Position numbers and translations under genes: made by a program. From the NCBI GenBank assembly GCA_964036045.1, contig OZ038378.1:47554001-47618000 (forward strand): a DNA stretch of 64,000 nt, given 5' to 3'. Shown piece by piece: positions 62,126-64,000 of this stretch (its first letter is position 1; the number at the start of each line of letters is the position of its first letter). Origin of the DNA: Eutreptiella sp. 'Long Island Sound 2002'. Taxonomy: Eukaryota > Protista > Euglenida. The notes below the pieces were generated by a model. That model was given only the letters and a program-made list of their open reading frames with translations, was not told where the DNA came from and did not search any database.

Positions 62126-62630
62126 GTGGGGACTGCGGGGCTTGGACTTGTTCTTGGCGGCTCGTTGGTCGTCGGGCGTGGGTGTTTGCCGTGGTGGTGT
62201 CGTGTTTTGTTCCGTGGTGCGTGCTGGCGTGCGGTGCTGCGCGTGTGCCCTGCTTGGCCTGCGTGTGGCGCGCGCTCCTTGCGCGGGCGTGTTGTTGCGC
62301 AGGCGTGGGGACACATCCTCTCTCTGACGGGCCCGTTTGGCTCCATGGCGGGCCCTGTTGGCGCCCGGCTGCGGCCCGGTGCGCGCCAGTGGGGTGTCTG
62401 TACGTTGGGGGGGGGGGGGAGTTGGTTCCTCTCCTCTCGCCTTCCTCGCCTTGTCCCTCGGTCCCTCTTCGCCGGATTGCCCTGCCTGCCTACCATCTTC
62501 GTACCCGCTGGGTTGGCCTTGGCTGGACGGTTGGTCTTGGTGGTCTGACATGGTGTTTCTTTCCTGCAGGGCGGCGTGGGCTGGGTTCGTTTTGGGGAGC
62601 GGGTTGCTCGTGTGGTGTGCCGTGCCGCGT

Positions 62631-64000
62631 GTACGGTGTCCTGGGCGTCCTGGCTCCTGTTCACCAGCGTGCATGCCCTGCGTGTGGTGTTGCGTGTGCG
62701 GCGTCCTGGGCCGCGTGGCTCCTGTTCACCGGTGTGCACGCTCTGTGTGTGGTGTTGTGTGTACGGTGTCCTGGGCCCTCTGGCTCCTGTTCACCGGTGT
62801 GCACGCTCTGTGTGTGGTGGTGCGTGTACGGTGTCCTGGGCCTCCTGGCTCCTGTTCACCGGTGTGCACGCTCTGCGTGTGGTGTTGTGTGTACGGTGTC
62901 CTGGGCCTCCTGGCTCCTGTTCACCGGTGTGCGCGCTCTGCGTGTGGTGTTGCGTGTACGGTGTCCTGGGCCTCCTGGCTCCTGTTCACCGGTGTGCACG
63001 CTCTGTGCGTGGTGTTGCGTGTACGGCGTCCTGGGCCTCCTGACTCCTGTTCACCAGTGTGCACGCTCTGTGTGTGGTGTTGCGTGTACGGTGTCCTGGG
63101 CCTCCTGGCTCCTGTTCACCGGTGTGCACGCTCTGTGTGTGGTGTTGCGTGTACAGTGTCCTGGGCCTCCTGGCTCCCGTTCACCGGTGTGCACGCTCTG
63201 TGTGTGGTGTAGCGTGTACGGTGCCCCGGGTCTCCTGGCTCCTGTTCACCGGTGTGCACGCTCTGTGTGTGGTGTTGCGTGTACGGCGTCCTGGGCCTCC
63301 TGGCTCCTGTTCACCAGTGCGCACGCTCTGTGTGTGGTGTTGCGTGTACGGTGTCCTGGGCCTCCTGGGTCCTGTTCACCGGTGTGCACGCTCTGTGTGT
63401 GCTGTTGCGTGTACGGTGTCCTGGGCCTCCTGGCTCCCGTTCACCGGTTTGCACGCTCTGTGTGTGGTGTTGTGTGTACCGTGTCCTGGGCCTCCTGGCT
63501 CCTGTTCACCGGTGCGCACGCTCTGTGTGTGGTGTTGCGTGTACGGTGTCCTGGGCCTCCTGGCTCCTGTTCACCGGTGTGCACGCTCTGTGTGTGGTGT
63601 TGTGTGTACGGCGTCCTGGGCCTCCTGGCTCCTGTTCACCGGTGTGCACGCTCTGTGTGTGGTAATGCGTGTACGGCGTCCTGGGCCTCCTGGCTCCTGT
63701 TCACCGGTGTGCACGCTCTGTGTGTGGTGTTGCGTGTACGGCGTCCTGGGCCTCCTGGCTCCTGTTCACCGGTGTGCACGCTCTGTGCGCGGTGTTGTGT
63801 GCACGGTGCCCCGGGCCTCCTGGCTCCTGTTCATCGGTGTGGACGCTCGGTGTGTGGTGTTGCGTGTGCGGCGTCCTGGGCCTCCTGGCTCCTGTTCACC
63901 GCTGTGCACGCTCTGTGTGTCGTGTTGCGTGTACGGTGTCCTGGGCCTCCTGGCTCCTGTTCACCGGTGTGCACGCTCTGTGTGTGGTGTTGCGTGTACG
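62631..64000. repeat. Tandem array, 65-bp unit, 21 copies, continues beyond the window
   Basis: Unit GTACGGTGTCCTGGGCCTCCTGGCTCCTGTTCACCGGTGTGCACGCTCTGTGTGTGGTGTTGCGT. The 65-bp register holds at 62631, 62696, 62891, 62956 and 63996. Confidence 0.97.

Noticed and set aside
61721-64000. CRISPR-like array or Cys-rich repeat proteins
   Set aside because: Units are contiguous with no unique spacers, no cas genes are present, and the 64 and 65 bp periods are not multiples of 3, so the ORFs are artefacts.

Overview
Eukaryotic, transposon-dense DNA made mostly of nested, decayed mobile elements. I see no operons, rRNA or CRISPR array, and I cannot assign the taxon. The only clear host coding sequence is the terminal exon of an inositol-polyphosphate kinase (IPK family) at 13028-13610 (+), with a canonical AG acceptor. 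Mobile content: (1) APE/RT non-LTR retrotransposon relics at 2.7-11.3 kb, with a 2A-like peptide before the endonuclease and an unrecognised C-terminal domain. (2) A second APE-type relic at 18.8-21.7 kb with a Ulp1/C48-like protease motif. (3) Ty3/Gypsy relics at 23.9-24.6 kb, 41.9-47.9 kb (RT-RH-INT-chromodomain) and 52.6-55.4 kb (gag-CCHC-protease). (4) A 2.3-kb TIR element with a DDE-like transposase relic; an empty-site copy of its target is also in the window. (5) A Harbinger-like MITE and several small insertion families present twice. (6) A tRNA-like fold, plus 39-40, 64 and 65 bp tandem arrays; the 65-bp array runs off the right edge. The most unusual signal is a Dam-like (N6-adenine methyltransferase-fold) domain in two divergent Gypsy-type elements. 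It lies directly after the protease in one and upstream of RT in the other, a position unlike the MT domain of DIRS elements. Short internal inversions recur in several relics. All protein calls come from manual motif reading, not database searches. Relic boundaries are approximate (tens of bp) unless a TSD or TIR is given.
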